Assembly (NCBI GenBank): GCA_033442325.1
Contig: JAWQFM010000006.1
Span: 1,480,961 to 1,544,793, forward strand
From: Salpingoeca rosetta
Taxonomy: Eukaryota > Protista > Choanoflagellata
Direction of reading: 5' to 3'
DNA length: 63,833 bases
In this document: in pieces, positions 33,290 to 46,208 of the stretch
How positions within the stretch are numbered: position 1 is the first letter of the stretch
Layout of the letters: each line of letters begins with the position of its first letter
The notes under the pieces: model-generated
Told to the model about the DNA's origin: nothing
Databases searched by the model: none
The model's input: the letters and a program-made list of their open reading frames with translations, nothing else
Program-made: the position numbers and the translations under genes

Positions 33290-35679
33290 GTGCCTGTTTG
33301 AATATGTGTGTGTGTAGACGGTGCGCTTCTTACCTCGCTGTGTGTATGAGAGCGTTTTGACACACACCTTGTCGACCTCACTTTTTGCTGTCGTGACACT
33401 TCAACATCCCTTGCATCATGTCGTCAGGCACGAACGAGAAGGTGCTGATCCAGATTTTCAGCCGTCGGACAATCGACCAGCGCGCTGCCATCTCCGGCGC
33501 ATACTTTGCCAACTTCGACCGCGTACGAACCACCCGCACATGCGGACTTGCTCATGCTCTGCACGCGCTCGTGGAAGCACATCATGCATATTCATTAATG
33601 CACTTTCTTGTTGCTTGCCAACTGATGACCACCGCGTCTTTCGACGTTAACACACACATGCATATACGCACACACACACACACACGCGCGCACACACACA
33701 CACGTACGACACGAATCAGGACCTTGAGGCGGACCTGCGCAGCGACACGGGCGGCAACTTCCGCACGGCGCTGCTGGCGCTCATCATGAACGAGTCCGAG
33801 CGTCTCGCCTACTTTGTCTACAAGAGCATGAAGGTGCGAGCGTGATAAACGTGAGCTGGCGTGCACGTGGTGGTGGAGAGGTTACTGGCACTGGCCTGCA
33901 TGCGTGCATGTGTGCCACGATCACATCACAGTCACCACGCCGAAACATCGCCACAGCCGCTCTTTTCAACAGACACAACAGACACACACCCAAGCGCACG
34001 AAATCTGTTCACCATTCACCTTCTCCTTCCATCTGCCACACCACCGCTACCAATCACCACTGCAGGGCTGGGGTACGGAGGAGAACCTCCTCATTGACAT
34101 TCTGTGCACGCGCGAGTCTGACGAGATTGTCAAGATCCACGAGGCCTACCACGCCCGCTACCCAGACCGCGACCTCGAGAAGGGTATGTGTGTGCGCGTG
34201 TGTCTTGTTGTTTGCTGCGTACGTGTTGTTTCATCTGCGTGTGTGGCAGTTTGCTTTCCGATCATCCTTTTCTGTCCTTGTTGCATCCGTTTCTGCCCTG
34301 CACCTCACCCCAACCGCCACATCACATCTCAATCTTCACACCACCACGCCACCATCACCACCGCCACCACCGCCAACACAACTGCCACTGTGCGCAGACA
34401 TCACGGCTGACACGAGCGGGGACTTCCGGCGTGTGCTGATGGCGATTCTCAAGTGCAACCGCGCCCCCGTGCAGTCCGAGGTTGACGCGGAGGCTGCCCG
34501 CGCAGACGCTGAGATCCTCTACAAGGCCGGTGCGTGCCGCGCGCGTGTGTGTACATGTGCGTGTGTTTGTTTGTTTGTTTGTTTGTTTGTTTGTTTGTTT
34601 GTTTGTTTGTTTGTTTGTTTGTTTGTTTGTTTGTTTGTTTGTTTGTTAGGGTTAGGGTTAGTGTGTGTGTGTGTGTGTGTTCGTTTGCTTGTTTTTGTTT
34701 GTTCGTTTGTGTTCTTCTCATCATACAAACGGTTTACTACGTCACTGTACACAACACACGCACAACCCCCTGTCCTGCCCCGAGCTCACTCAACTTCTTA
34801 CTCACCCCCCCCCCCCCAAAAAAAAACGTCCCATCCGCACTACCCTCCCCACCACCAGGCGAGAAGAAGTGGTTTGGCACGGACGAGTCCAAGTTCATTG
34901 AGATTCTGAGCGAGCGCAGCTTCCCGCAGATCAAGGCTATTGTCGACGCCTATGAGGGCATGAGCAAGCGCAGTCTGCGCGGCGCCCTCAAGTCTGAGCT
35001 CAGCGGCGACTTCAAGAACGCCTGCCTCGCCATTGTCGACTACGCGTGCGACCCGAGCTTCTACGTGTGCCGCCGCCTGTACCAGACCATGAAGGGCTGG
35101 GGCACCTCTGACTGGGCACTCATCAACTTCATTGTCGACCACTGCGAGGTTGGTGTGGTTGGTTGGCTGGTGTGGTTGTGGTTTGGTTGCTGTGGTTGGC
35201 TGGCTGGTTGGTTGCTTTGGTTTGGTGGCTATATTTCTTGTTCACCCCTTCCGCCTTCCTTTGCTCCGCTCTGCTCCACTCATTCCACCCTCTCCCCCAC
35301 TCTGTGTCTTGTGTGTGTGTTTGCAGCGCGACATGGATCTCATCAAGGAGCGCTACCCCGGCGTTGTGTCCGAGATTTCATCGGATGGCAAGCCCCGCTT
35401 CCTCGGAGAGATGATTCGCGGCGACACCGGCGGTGAGCACAGCATGTTTTGTTGTTTTCCCGCAAGCTGGCACCACGTGCTCGTTTGGCGTGGCCATGCC
35501 TCTTTCCACTTTGGCTTGCCGTGCTTTCTTGCTTCATGCATTCGTCTGCTTGCGAAATCAACCATCAAGCATCACGACTCACACACCCCTGTTTTGTTTT
35601 GTTTGCATTGTTGTTTTGGCTCGCAGGCAACTACCGCAAGCTCCTCCTCGCCCTCATTGGCGAGGGCACCGTGGCGTGA
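29410..35679 (+). CDS. Gelsolin/severin-like (three gelsolin domains) fused in frame to a four-repeat annexin core
   Basis: Gelsolin motifs YNIENTNIAMLGTDLEK, VWRIEQFKVV...FYDGDSYIIL, IHFWIGSQSSQDEYGTAAYKT|VELDD, YREVQDHES, LNAGDSFVFD and LLRLSDSGG. Linker exons 32378-32535 and 32854-33155 join in phase 2. Annexin repeats KGLGTNE, KGWGTEE, KKWFGTDE, KGWGTSD, ending GNYRKLLLALIG, TGA at 35679. Confidence 0.85.
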
Positions 35680-36074
35680 GCCATCCAATGCAAATCCACA
35701 CTCACAACTTCAACCAATGACCCACAACATGCACAAACAACAACATACACGTCCATCTTCTGCTTCTTGCTTTTTGGTTCTGTTTGGTTTGCTGTTTCTG
35801 TCACATCTTCCATAAACTTTCGTAACCGGCTTGAAATTCGTATTTGCGCGCCATCCCAAATTCGAGTGTGGTGGTTGTGCGGGGATGGTGAGAGTGAGGG
35901 TGCCAGCACACATCGCGTTGAAGGAACCAGCCAACCAGCAAGCGAGCGAGCCAGCGAGCCAGCAATCAGGGCGGAGGGTTCACTGAGACCTCCTTGCCCT
36001 TCTTTTCGATCCGCTTTCTTTCATGCCAGAAGCACCTGCGGGCGTGCGTATTTATTGATCGTCGTAGCAGCAGC

Positions 36075-36386
36075 ATGATGAAGCATCAAGTGAGCCCTGC
36101 CAAGCGCGCCAAGGTGTTCACCCGCAAAGACAGCTTCTCTCCACCAGCAAGCTTCCTGCAGTCGTCCTTGTCAGATGCGTCCACGTGCGCCTCTTCCTTG
36201 TCAACGCCGGCAACCCCGCACCCAGACCAAGGCGATGGCCACGTGTTTGTGCCAGTGGCGCCACAGCCCGTGGATCCGCGCAAACTCGATGCCGTCATGG
36301 ACACGCTGCAAGAAGATGACCAATGCAGCCCTTCAGACTGCACCGACGCCTACTTTTGCCTCGCCAAGTCGGTTTCGTGTGTCTGT

Positions 36387-36479
<93 letters not shown>

Positions 36480-38094
36480 CAGTTGCGTGTGTGTGTGTGT
36501 GTGTGCTGCAGTTGCGTGTGCACCTGGTTTTTCTTCTGTGCCGCGCTAGCTGTTCCTGTGTTGCTCCATGCGCCGCTGTCTTCAAGATGCGCACCTGTTG
36601 CTGACGTTTTCTCTTGCTCCTTCTTGCTTGCATGGTCATCAACTGATAGCTACCTCGAGAATGATGTCGAAGACCGATTGGTGCAGCACCTCCTCACCAA
36701 TCACAAAGACATGTTCTTCGAGACGATTCAGGTTGACCATGGGCGTCTGCGTGTGCATGTGCACGTGTTTGTGTGTGTGTGTGCGTGTGTGCGTGTGTGC
36801 GTGTGTGCGTGTGTGCGTGTGTGCGTGTGTGCGTGTGTGCGTGTGTGCATGTGTGCGTGCGTGTCGTACTGTGTTCTGTGCTCCTTCACCAAGGCCTTTC
36901 GTGGATATTCAAGTCGATCCTGCGTTCGATGTTGGCGTTGGTGTGAGCGCGTTGCGTTTTGTGTATATCTGCCGCACTCACATGTGCATCTGTTTGGCTA
37001 CGTGACTGCGCTTGCACATGCACTCTCCGTTTGTGCAGAACCACATCCTGGCACAAGATCGATTCCTCACAGAAGCGGCGATCAAAGTCCTCGCACTGCT
37101 CATGCGGCACCCAGCCGTCATCAGGTGCGTCATTTTGTCTTGTGTTGTGCTGTGCTGTGCTGTGCTGTGCTGTGCTGTGTTGTGTTGTGTTGTGTTGTGT
37201 TGTGTTGTGTTGTGTTGTGTTGTGTTGTGTTGTGTTGTGTTGTGTTGTGTTGTGTTGTGTTATGTTGTGTTGTGTTGTGTTGTGCTGTGCTGTGTTGTGT
37301 TAATGTCGTGCGTGTATGTGGGGATTACCACTGCCACTGCTGTCATGATCTGTGACGCGTGTCTGCGATATTCTAACACTTCACAACCTCCCACTCCATC
37401 GCATCCATGAATGCAACAGCGCGCTGTCTGTGGAAGTGCAGGGCCAGCTGCTGGGCGGTCTGGTGCGCGTGGTGCAATCAGCCGTGACGGGTGCGCTCTC
37501 AGATAAGCCAACGCAGTCTGAGGCAGAGAAACAGGAGGAGTTTATTGCACACAAGAGCAGGTGCGCCGCGGCTGTGTGGTGCCTCTCCGTGCAACGCGTC
37601 AAGAAGCAAACGCTCGCGTCTCAGGTATGCTTTGCGTGCGTGCGTGTGTGTGTGTGTGTGTTTTGTGTGTGTGTGTGTGTGTGTGTTGATGTTTACATAT
37701 GTGTGTGTTGATGTTTACATATGTGTGAATGTGTGTGAATGTGCGAGTTTGCACGCGATAAAATGTGTTCACGTGCAAGAGAGTAGGAAGTATATGCACC
37801 AAAGCACTTGCACCACGAATGCCCTGTGTCTCACCCCCGCGCTTGTGTTGCTTCCGTATGTGCACGGTCATGGCCACAGACGAGGGCAGATGTTGCGACG
37901 TGCTTGCAGCAGGCCACGCGCTGCTTTTCGTCGTTCAGCAAAGAGCCATCACCAACGCTCGATGTGCTGCTTGTTCAGTGCACAGCGCACATGAAGCACC
38001 AGCTCAGTGCCAGGTGGTTTCGCTCGAACCTCATGACCATCGCCGACATCTGTCTGCCCCTCACCATCAGCGTGTATGAGCAGGTATGGTTTCC

Positions 38095-38166
<72 letters not shown>

Positions 38167-38391
38167 GTGTGTGCATTCCGTATAGTGCTACGACGCGCGG
38201 CGAACCACGTGATACACACCACACCACCACCACACCACCACTCCTCACCCTCTGCACACCCTCTGCACACATCAGGTGCGACAGGAGGCCGAGTTGCTCT
38301 ATTTTGGGACATTACGCAATCTTCTCCTGCGCGCGTCCGGCGGGAAGAAAACGGCCGTCTTCAACCAAGTGGCCGAGGTGAGGCGAGGTGT

Positions 38392-38466
<75 letters not shown>

Positions 38467-39037
38467 CAAGGAAGTGTATGTCGCGTGTTTGGGTGTCACT
38501 TGCAAGACTGTGTTCTAATGAATATCACTCGCCTCAATCTCGCTGCCATGTGTCAACTGACACACTCGCCTCGCAACACTGGTTCTGCTGTCAGGGCTTG
38601 GCAACCGTCATGCTCCGCTCCATGAAACAATCAAGGCGAAACACAGCCAACACGCTCAAGCGATGGTGCGGGTGTATGTGTGTATGTGTGAATGTATGTG
38701 TGTGTGTATGCGTTGCTGTGATGATGAAACCTTGTTTTGTGCCGTTACAACTTTCCTCCAGCCGTTTGTGTGCGCAACAAACACTCTATCCCAACTCACA
38801 TTTTTGTGTTTGTCAGGATGGATCTGTTTGAGGTGTTTGGAAGCGTGTGGAGACGCAACGAAGCGAAGCACAGCGTGAACAAGCTGCTGCGTCCGCTGTC
38901 ATACGCGCAGGCGTTGACTGAGGGGCCTGAGACGCTCGTACGACCATTCGTCTGGGCTGCCATCGCCAGGTGTGCGTGTGCTCATGATTATGCTCGCTTG
39001 TGTGTGTGTGTGCGTGTGTGTTGTGTGTTGTGTTGCG

Positions 39038-39081
<44 letters not shown>

Positions 39082-39536
39082 AAGAGCAGCTCGTACTCAT
39101 AGGCACACATGCACACAACCATCCATCACACCCATGCATACACTTGATTTCAGGTTGTTTGTCAGCCAGTCGTGCAATGCGCAGCGGCTCCTTCGCAGCA
39201 AAAACATTAAATTGTTCGGCGCCAAACTCATCAAGCAGGTACGCACATGTGCTTGTGTGTATGTATGTGTGTTTTGCAGCCGAACACATTGCTCTTCATG
39301 TGAAACTGTGTCGTACAAACGCACGCAATCGCAATTACTACCGACACATAAACTCACTCGCTCAATACTACGTTCGCATATGCACGTGACAGACACACGT
39401 GCACCTCCCCACTGAGCACATGCGCATGAAGTTGTGGTGTTGTTTCACGTCCATCCTGGGCCCTGAGCTGCGCGGCAATCTTGATGTTCCCGTGTCACTC
39501 CTTCAACACGCCAGAGACGTTCACGCTCAGGTTCGG

Positions 39537-39620
<84 letters not shown>

Positions 39621-40079
39621 GTGTGCCTTTGTGTATTGTGTGTGCATGTCTGCATTTGTGCGTTGTTAGGTGCCTGTCTCAGTACGGCACACCTGATTTC
39701 ACACACACACACACATTCGCAGATGACATCGTCTGAGTTTTCGCGCGTGGCTGCGAACGTGTTCCCGCTCCTGCTGTGGCTGACACGCACGTCACCCACG
39801 TTTTCGTCGCCAGAACAACAACAACAGCAGCAGCAGCAGCGGCAGCAACCCGTCTCGCTTGAAGCTGCTGTGACGTCGGTGTTGTCACTGCCTCCAGCTC
39901 CCACTCAAGAGAGTGTTCGTGTGCGCACAGCGCATGACTTGGACACGGTCCCAAACATGTACAAGGAGGCCCTCAACTCACCGGTTTCGCTTGACACCGC
40001 GCCGCCTTGTTCCCTCACAGCGCGCCAGGTCAATTTCATTGCCATGCACAGTTGGCGTTTTGTGTGTGTGCGTGTGCGT

Positions 40080-40146
<67 letters not shown>

Positions 40147-40155
40147 CGTGCGTGT

Positions 40156-40193
<38 letters not shown>

Positions 40194-42688
40194 GTGTGTG
40201 TCTCAAAGTGCCTGCTACCGATGTGGCAGAAATCAAGCTTTGACGTGAAAAACTCTATGCTGCCACAACACGCTTCGTATACGTTGACTGGCGTCATCTG
40301 TCCCTACACAGGTTGCAGTGTGGTGCTGCGGACATGCACCGCTGTTTTCGTGGTGGATTGATGTGGCCGCGGCACTGCCCAGCACGGCGACAAACACAAC
40401 GACAAACACAACGACAAGTGGCACCAATAGCGCAGTCACCAAAGCCACCTCAACGACAGAAGCGTCCACAGCAGCAGCTGTTACCTCGTTTCCCCTTTGG
40501 ATCACGCGTCTTGCTCGCATCCTTCTTCGTGATTGTAAGTCATCCTCGTGAATGCGCGTGCTTGTACGTTGCCAACTATTATGACCGGGGCCTTGGCTGT
40601 TGCTTGTATCGCTTCGTTGTTCACGATTTGTCCTGTGGAATGCATTTCCGTTTTGTGTTCCCCCCCCCCGGTCCACACGAATCCCAACAACTGCGTTTTG
40701 CACGTCAAACCCAAAGCACCACTCATCTCACACCAGCTGCATCCCACCATTGCGTGATTTGGACACCACCACGATTGCATCAACATTATCACCACGGCAA
40801 TGACACGACTGCAGACACTGATGGCGCTGCGTCCGCGCGGGACCGCATTGTGCAGAGCGTTGTGCGCGCGTGCGTCACGCACCCGCAGCCCAACCTGGCG
40901 TGCGTGATTGCCATTCTTCGCTTTGCCACAACGCAGGCACTGCTGTTTGGGCGGCGCGTGGAGATACCGCCCGTCCCAGACATGATGGCAAGGAGGAAGG
41001 TGAATGGGGCTGGCAAGATAAGCGTTGGCGATGCTGATGATGACAATGGCAGGAGCCGTGATGCCATTGCCACCAACGACGACGACAACACCCACAACAT
41101 GAGCAACAACGACGACGACAAGAATGGTATCAGCGGGGTGAGTCCGTTGCAGCTTTTGCAGCAGGGTGAGCAGGAGGACAGTGGAGATTCCATGACACCG
41201 ACCCAAGGGCCACCGGCAGCTGCTGTTGCTGCGAGCGTGATTGCCAACACCTCAACATCAGCAGCAGTGACCACGGCAGAGCAGTCATCAGGCTCGGCAA
41301 CAACACCATCCCCCGCCTCGCTGGTTGAGCGATGCGAGTCTGGCCCGCTGCTGGAAGGCGTCGTGTTTGCGCTGCTGCGGCATTCCGATTTTTGGCGCGC
41401 GTGCGATGCCCTGGACGAAGACGATTCAGACCTTCACCACAGCCACCACCAACAGCACCAACATCAGGAACAGCACCAACAGCACAATGCCTCTGCAGCT
41501 GCTAGCGGTGGTGAAGATGTCGCCGTGTGTGCCGGTGGTGGTGATGGTGATGGCGGTGCAGCTGGTGATGATGGTGTATGCAGCAAGAGGGAGAACACGA
41601 GCAATCCTGGTGGTGATGGTGGTAGGGTTGCGGCGAATCAACAAGGTGGCAACAGCAGAGGCGATGCTGACAACGAGTCACGGTGCCCACACGTGTGGGG
41701 ACCTGACGGCTGTGAAACAAGCGCCGACGATGTTTCCCTCACCCGGTCGAGTGCTGCAACACCACCAACATCAGCAGTCACGACGACGACCACCACGACC
41801 ATCACGACGGCTGCCACCACGACGATGACAACAACAACGGCTGCTGCAACAGCAGACGAACCCGTGGGCACGATATCACAGCGTGTCAAACATGAGTTGA
41901 TTGCCGGTGCGTGGCGTCGGGCCCTGCGCGTGTGCTTCCACTCGATCAACCCGCTCATCTCCCTGCAGGAGCCCCTGCACCTGTTTGAACAGTTTGCACG
42001 GCAGCGCGTGCGTGCGGGTGCGTCGTGTGCGGTGTGGCCGTGGACAGAGGCATTGCAGCAGCTGCACGCGTTTCTGTCGGATGGGCGGCCCTGCTTCACC
42101 GGTGACGTGGACTGCGCAGACCTGACGATTGTCACCAACGTGCTTGCGTTTCCGTTCACGACGGGCCTGCTGCTGCGGATACCGCTGTCCCAGAGCATGC
42201 TCCTGACGAAGTTGTGGTGTGCGGTGTACAAGCAAGCAGTGGCGTCCTGCGAGCAGGCGGGCGTGGACTGCAATCTCTTGCAGGAGCAGGTCATGCGCAG
42301 GATGAAGGCGGCGGTGCTGGAAAGCAACCTGGCTGTGCATGCAGCCGCGTTTGAGATGTGCTGCGTGTGCGTGACGGCCGTTCTGAACGAAGCGCGCCCC
42401 ACAGACAGGGTGGGCCCCAACGACGACGACGACGACGACGACGGCAATGCTGACGACCTGGAGAGTGATGACATGGGGGCCATGCGAGACCTCTTTCTCG
42501 TTGTGGAGCACCTGCTCTCCCTCGCGGAATCTGTCTCCCGTGACCAGTGGGCGCGCGTGCCATTGAGCCCACACTCGGACCGCCTTCTCAAAGCCCTGGG
42601 CTTGTACATCCGACGTACATCAGACTTGGTGCGTGTTTGCTTGTGTGTGCGTGTGTGTGCGTGCGTGTGTGTGCGTGCGTGTGCGTGC

Positions 42689-42760
<72 letters not shown>

Positions 42761-44353
42761 ACAGCAGTCGGTTGTTCACTTCGTGTGGTTTTTCAGTCCT
42801 CTAATCGTTTGAGATTTCTGCGCATCACATGAACGCTCACCTGTCCACTCCCATTCACGTCACTCAACTTTGCTCACGCACACATTCATACATACACACA
42901 CATACTTACACACCCACACACACACCCACACACACACGCGCGCGCGCACGGCCGCACGTAACAGCTGGTGTTGCGCCAGCGGGCGTTTGCACAGACAATT
43001 CGCGTGTTCTCTGGGGTGTTTGTGCGATTTCTGCAGCGAGTGGGGCGTGTGCGGGAGTCACGCAAAGCCACGCTGCGCCAGAACCGCCGGCATGCTGTGC
43101 GTGTATCGCCATCACGGTCACGAGTGACACGCTCGCCAGCTTTGCCGTTGCCCAGTGGAGCAAACACGACTGCTGCTGCATCTGCGTCGCCAACAACCAC
43201 ACAGCAACCATCCACCGCAACAGGAACAACAACAACAACAACAACAACAACAACGACAACGACAACGGTACCATGCTCGCCCACGACCGCCATCGCTGTT
43301 GAGGGGCAGGGCGACGTTCCTGTCAAACCACTGCCGCATCGGTTCCAGTGCCGGGTGGTGGATGTGTTTGCAGACATTTGCAGTGCGCTAAGCATGTGTG
43401 GCCATGCGTCCAAGCACAGCCTTTCTCTGCTGCGGGCGGTGCTGCCCATCCTTGAGGTGCGACATCTACTGCTTGTCTCGCGTGCGTGTATATGTTTGTT
43501 TGTTTGTATGTTTGTTTGTGTGTGTGTGTGTATGTATGTTTGTGTGTGTGTGTGTGATTGATCTGTGGTGCATCCATGCAAGCAACACCTCTGGTCGATT
43601 CGTACGCGTTCTCACTCACTTGCGCACGCGCACACGCGCGCACACGCACACACACATGCAATTGTCTAGGTTGCGCTGTGCCACCCGCACGACGGCGTGT
43701 ACAAGAAGAGCGAGGTCATGTGGGAAGCGTTTGCGTGGGTGTCGCCGCAGGACTACCCGGCGTCACTAGAGGCGCTGCTGCGTGAAGTGCAGCGTGCCAC
43801 CCCGCACCGGCTGCATACACCACTGCTCTACAACACTGGTCGCCCACCAGCACCGTCGTCTGCGTCGCCTTCACGGGCATCATCATCGTCGTCGTCGTCA
43901 TCACCACCACCTCCGCTGTCATCGCCATCACAATCGTCAGCGTCTGCGACCTCACCGTCACGTACCGCTTCCCCACCGCTGGCCAGCACGGTGACAGCAA
44001 CGTCAGCATCGCCAAGCCCAACAGCGCGGGGACCAGCGTTTACGTTCTCGTCGCCTCCTCGCATCAGCCGCACCCGCATTGGCACGGGCAGGGCTGTCGC
44101 TGCTGGTGCTGGTGCTGGCCGCGGTGGTGCTGCTGATACTGGTGGTGGTGGTGGTGATGAGTGGAATGCCACGTCTGGTTCACCGTTGCGGCGAGTGGGC
44201 ACCCCCGGTGCCCGACCAGGCGCGCTGACATCGCCTGCACCGAGTGTTCGCATTGGACGTGGTGGTGGCAGGGCGCGACGCAGCATCGGTGCACTGTCTT
44301 TCGTGGAGACGAACAGGTCAACAGGCAGCAGCAGCAACAGCAGCAACAGCAGC

Positions 44354-44393
<40 letters not shown>

Positions 44394-44398
44394 GCAAT

Positions 44399-44481
<83 letters not shown>

Positions 44482-44945
44482 AACCAGCAGGAACAAACAC
44501 AGCAGCAGCAGCAGCAGTGTTGGTCATGGCAATTCGATTTTGATGCGTATGCAGCGCGGTGAGCAGCTGTTGTCTGCCAAGTCACCCGCCAGCAGCAGCA
44601 GCGGTCGCAGCAGTAGCAGTGGCAGTAGTGGTGGTGGTGGTGGTGGTGGTGGGAACACGGCTGCCACTGCGACGGGTGCAAGGCGTGGTGGCAAGTCCAA
44701 GGCAACGCGCGCACTCCCGTTTTCGCGGCCAATCGACGAAGAGGACTCGGAACTGTTTGTGAAGATTGACACGGGACCAAGCGGAGTTGTGGCGGGTGCG
44801 GGCACAGCCAGCAGTGACGCGAACCAGGACACCACCGTCATTGCTGATTATGATGATGACCACGACGATGGCGATGGTGATGATGGGCAGAGTGGCGTTG
44901 CGCGGCGTGGAGCAAAGGCCAGTCACTGCGATACTGGTTTAACCA

Positions 44946-44976
<31 letters not shown>

Positions 44977-46057
44977 GAAGAAATGGATGAGCGATCGCCA
45001 ACGGGAGCGGCGGCGCGCGCGAAAGGAACAGATGCTGAGCGTTCGCATGTACACGTCTGTTGACGTGTCGTCGCAGGACTCGTGCTCACTGCTTGAGCAG
45101 TCCGACAGCGATGAAGCGTGCGTTGGTGCTGGTGGTGGAGGTGGAGGTGAAACCTCGATGCCTGCAAGCAAGCGAGCCAAGATGGCAGTGGCAGCAGCGG
45201 TTGCCGCATCAGCGTCGGCCGCGGCGTTGAATGCGGGCAGTCGACACAAGAGGAGCAGAAGCACGACGCGTGGTGGCAGAGGCAAGCACGGCGGTCATTC
45301 CCACGACGATGGCGATGATGATGATGATGATGATGATGATGACGATGGCGACGTTGAGACGGTTGTGCTGTCTGGCGATGAGACGGAGATTGAGGATGAC
45401 ACGTCCTCCGAAAGCGACGGGCGGGTGTCTCCACGCGTTGCCTGTGACAACGGCGCCGGTACCGATGCTGTGGGGCAGGAGCGACGGCTCTTTGGAACGT
45501 GTGTGGATGGTGTGCCGGTCAGCATTCTGAAGCGCCGCGGGCATTGTCGCACGTTGGGCCGCAAGCACGAACGCGAGCGTGATCAAGCCGATGGGCGTGG
45601 GCGTGGCCGCGATGGTGAGTGTGGTGGTGAGTGTGGCGCAGGCCACCGTGGCGGGGTGACGTTTAACCTGGCATTGAACACAAGCCACACGTTTGGTGAC
45701 ATGAAGGAGAACGTGGTTGTGGCGAAAGCGAGGCAAGCTGATGACGGCACCGGCCATCACTGCGATGGTGACGCCGACGGGGATGTTGGTGATGATCATG
45801 ATGGGCATGACGGAGATGAGGAGCATGAGGAACTGCGAGTGACGGGAGCCAGTGGTCGAGACAGCGACGCAGGCGGCTGGAAGCAAACAACACGCAGCCA
45901 TAACAGCACCACCAGCACCAGGCGCGTCAACCGCGGCAGCAGTGGATCAGCTGCTCGTGGTGGTGGTGCTGCTGCTGCTACTGCTAGCACCAGTGGTGTG
46001 ACGCCTGGCAACAGCATAGACCTCACGCCACCTCGGCAGTCCAAGGTGCTTTCATGA
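36075..46057 (+). CDS. RIF1: Telomere-associated/replication-timing regulator RIF1 (N-terminal HEAT-like region, disordered C-terminus with PP1 docking motifs)
   Basis: N-terminal TDAYFCLA and KLWCCFTSILGPELRG resemble Rif1_N motifs. ELFVKI...MSDRQRERRR...MYTSVDVSSQD resembles the conserved post-HEAT Rif1 block (FVxI...LTxHQKE...MYxxLDxSQD). SILK at 45521-45532 and a degenerate RVxF (RGGVTF) at 45647-45664. Confidence 0.75.
44354..44480 (+). repeat. Coding (AAC)n repeat encoding a poly-Asn tract in RIF1
   Basis: In-frame within the last exon ORF 43697-46057. Confidence 0.9.
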
Positions 46058-46060
46058 CAT

Positions 46061-46096
<36 letters not shown>

Positions 46097-46177
46097 CGTG
46101 TGTCGTGGCTACCTTTTGCCCCCCGGTTCTCTCTGTCTGTCTGTCTGTCTCTCTGTCTGTCTATCTCTCTGTCTGTC

Positions 46178-46208
<31 letters not shown>

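Noticed and set aside
34646-34661. TTAGGGTTAGGGTTAG telomere-like repeat in an annexin intron
   Set aside because: Fewer than three units inside a GT-rich tract; likely chance or slippage.
37140-37300. (TGTGT/TGTGC) pentamer array, and similarly the GTGGACTTGT decamer array at ~49008-49090
   Set aside because: Simple intronic tandem repeats with no unique spacers; not CRISPR-like.
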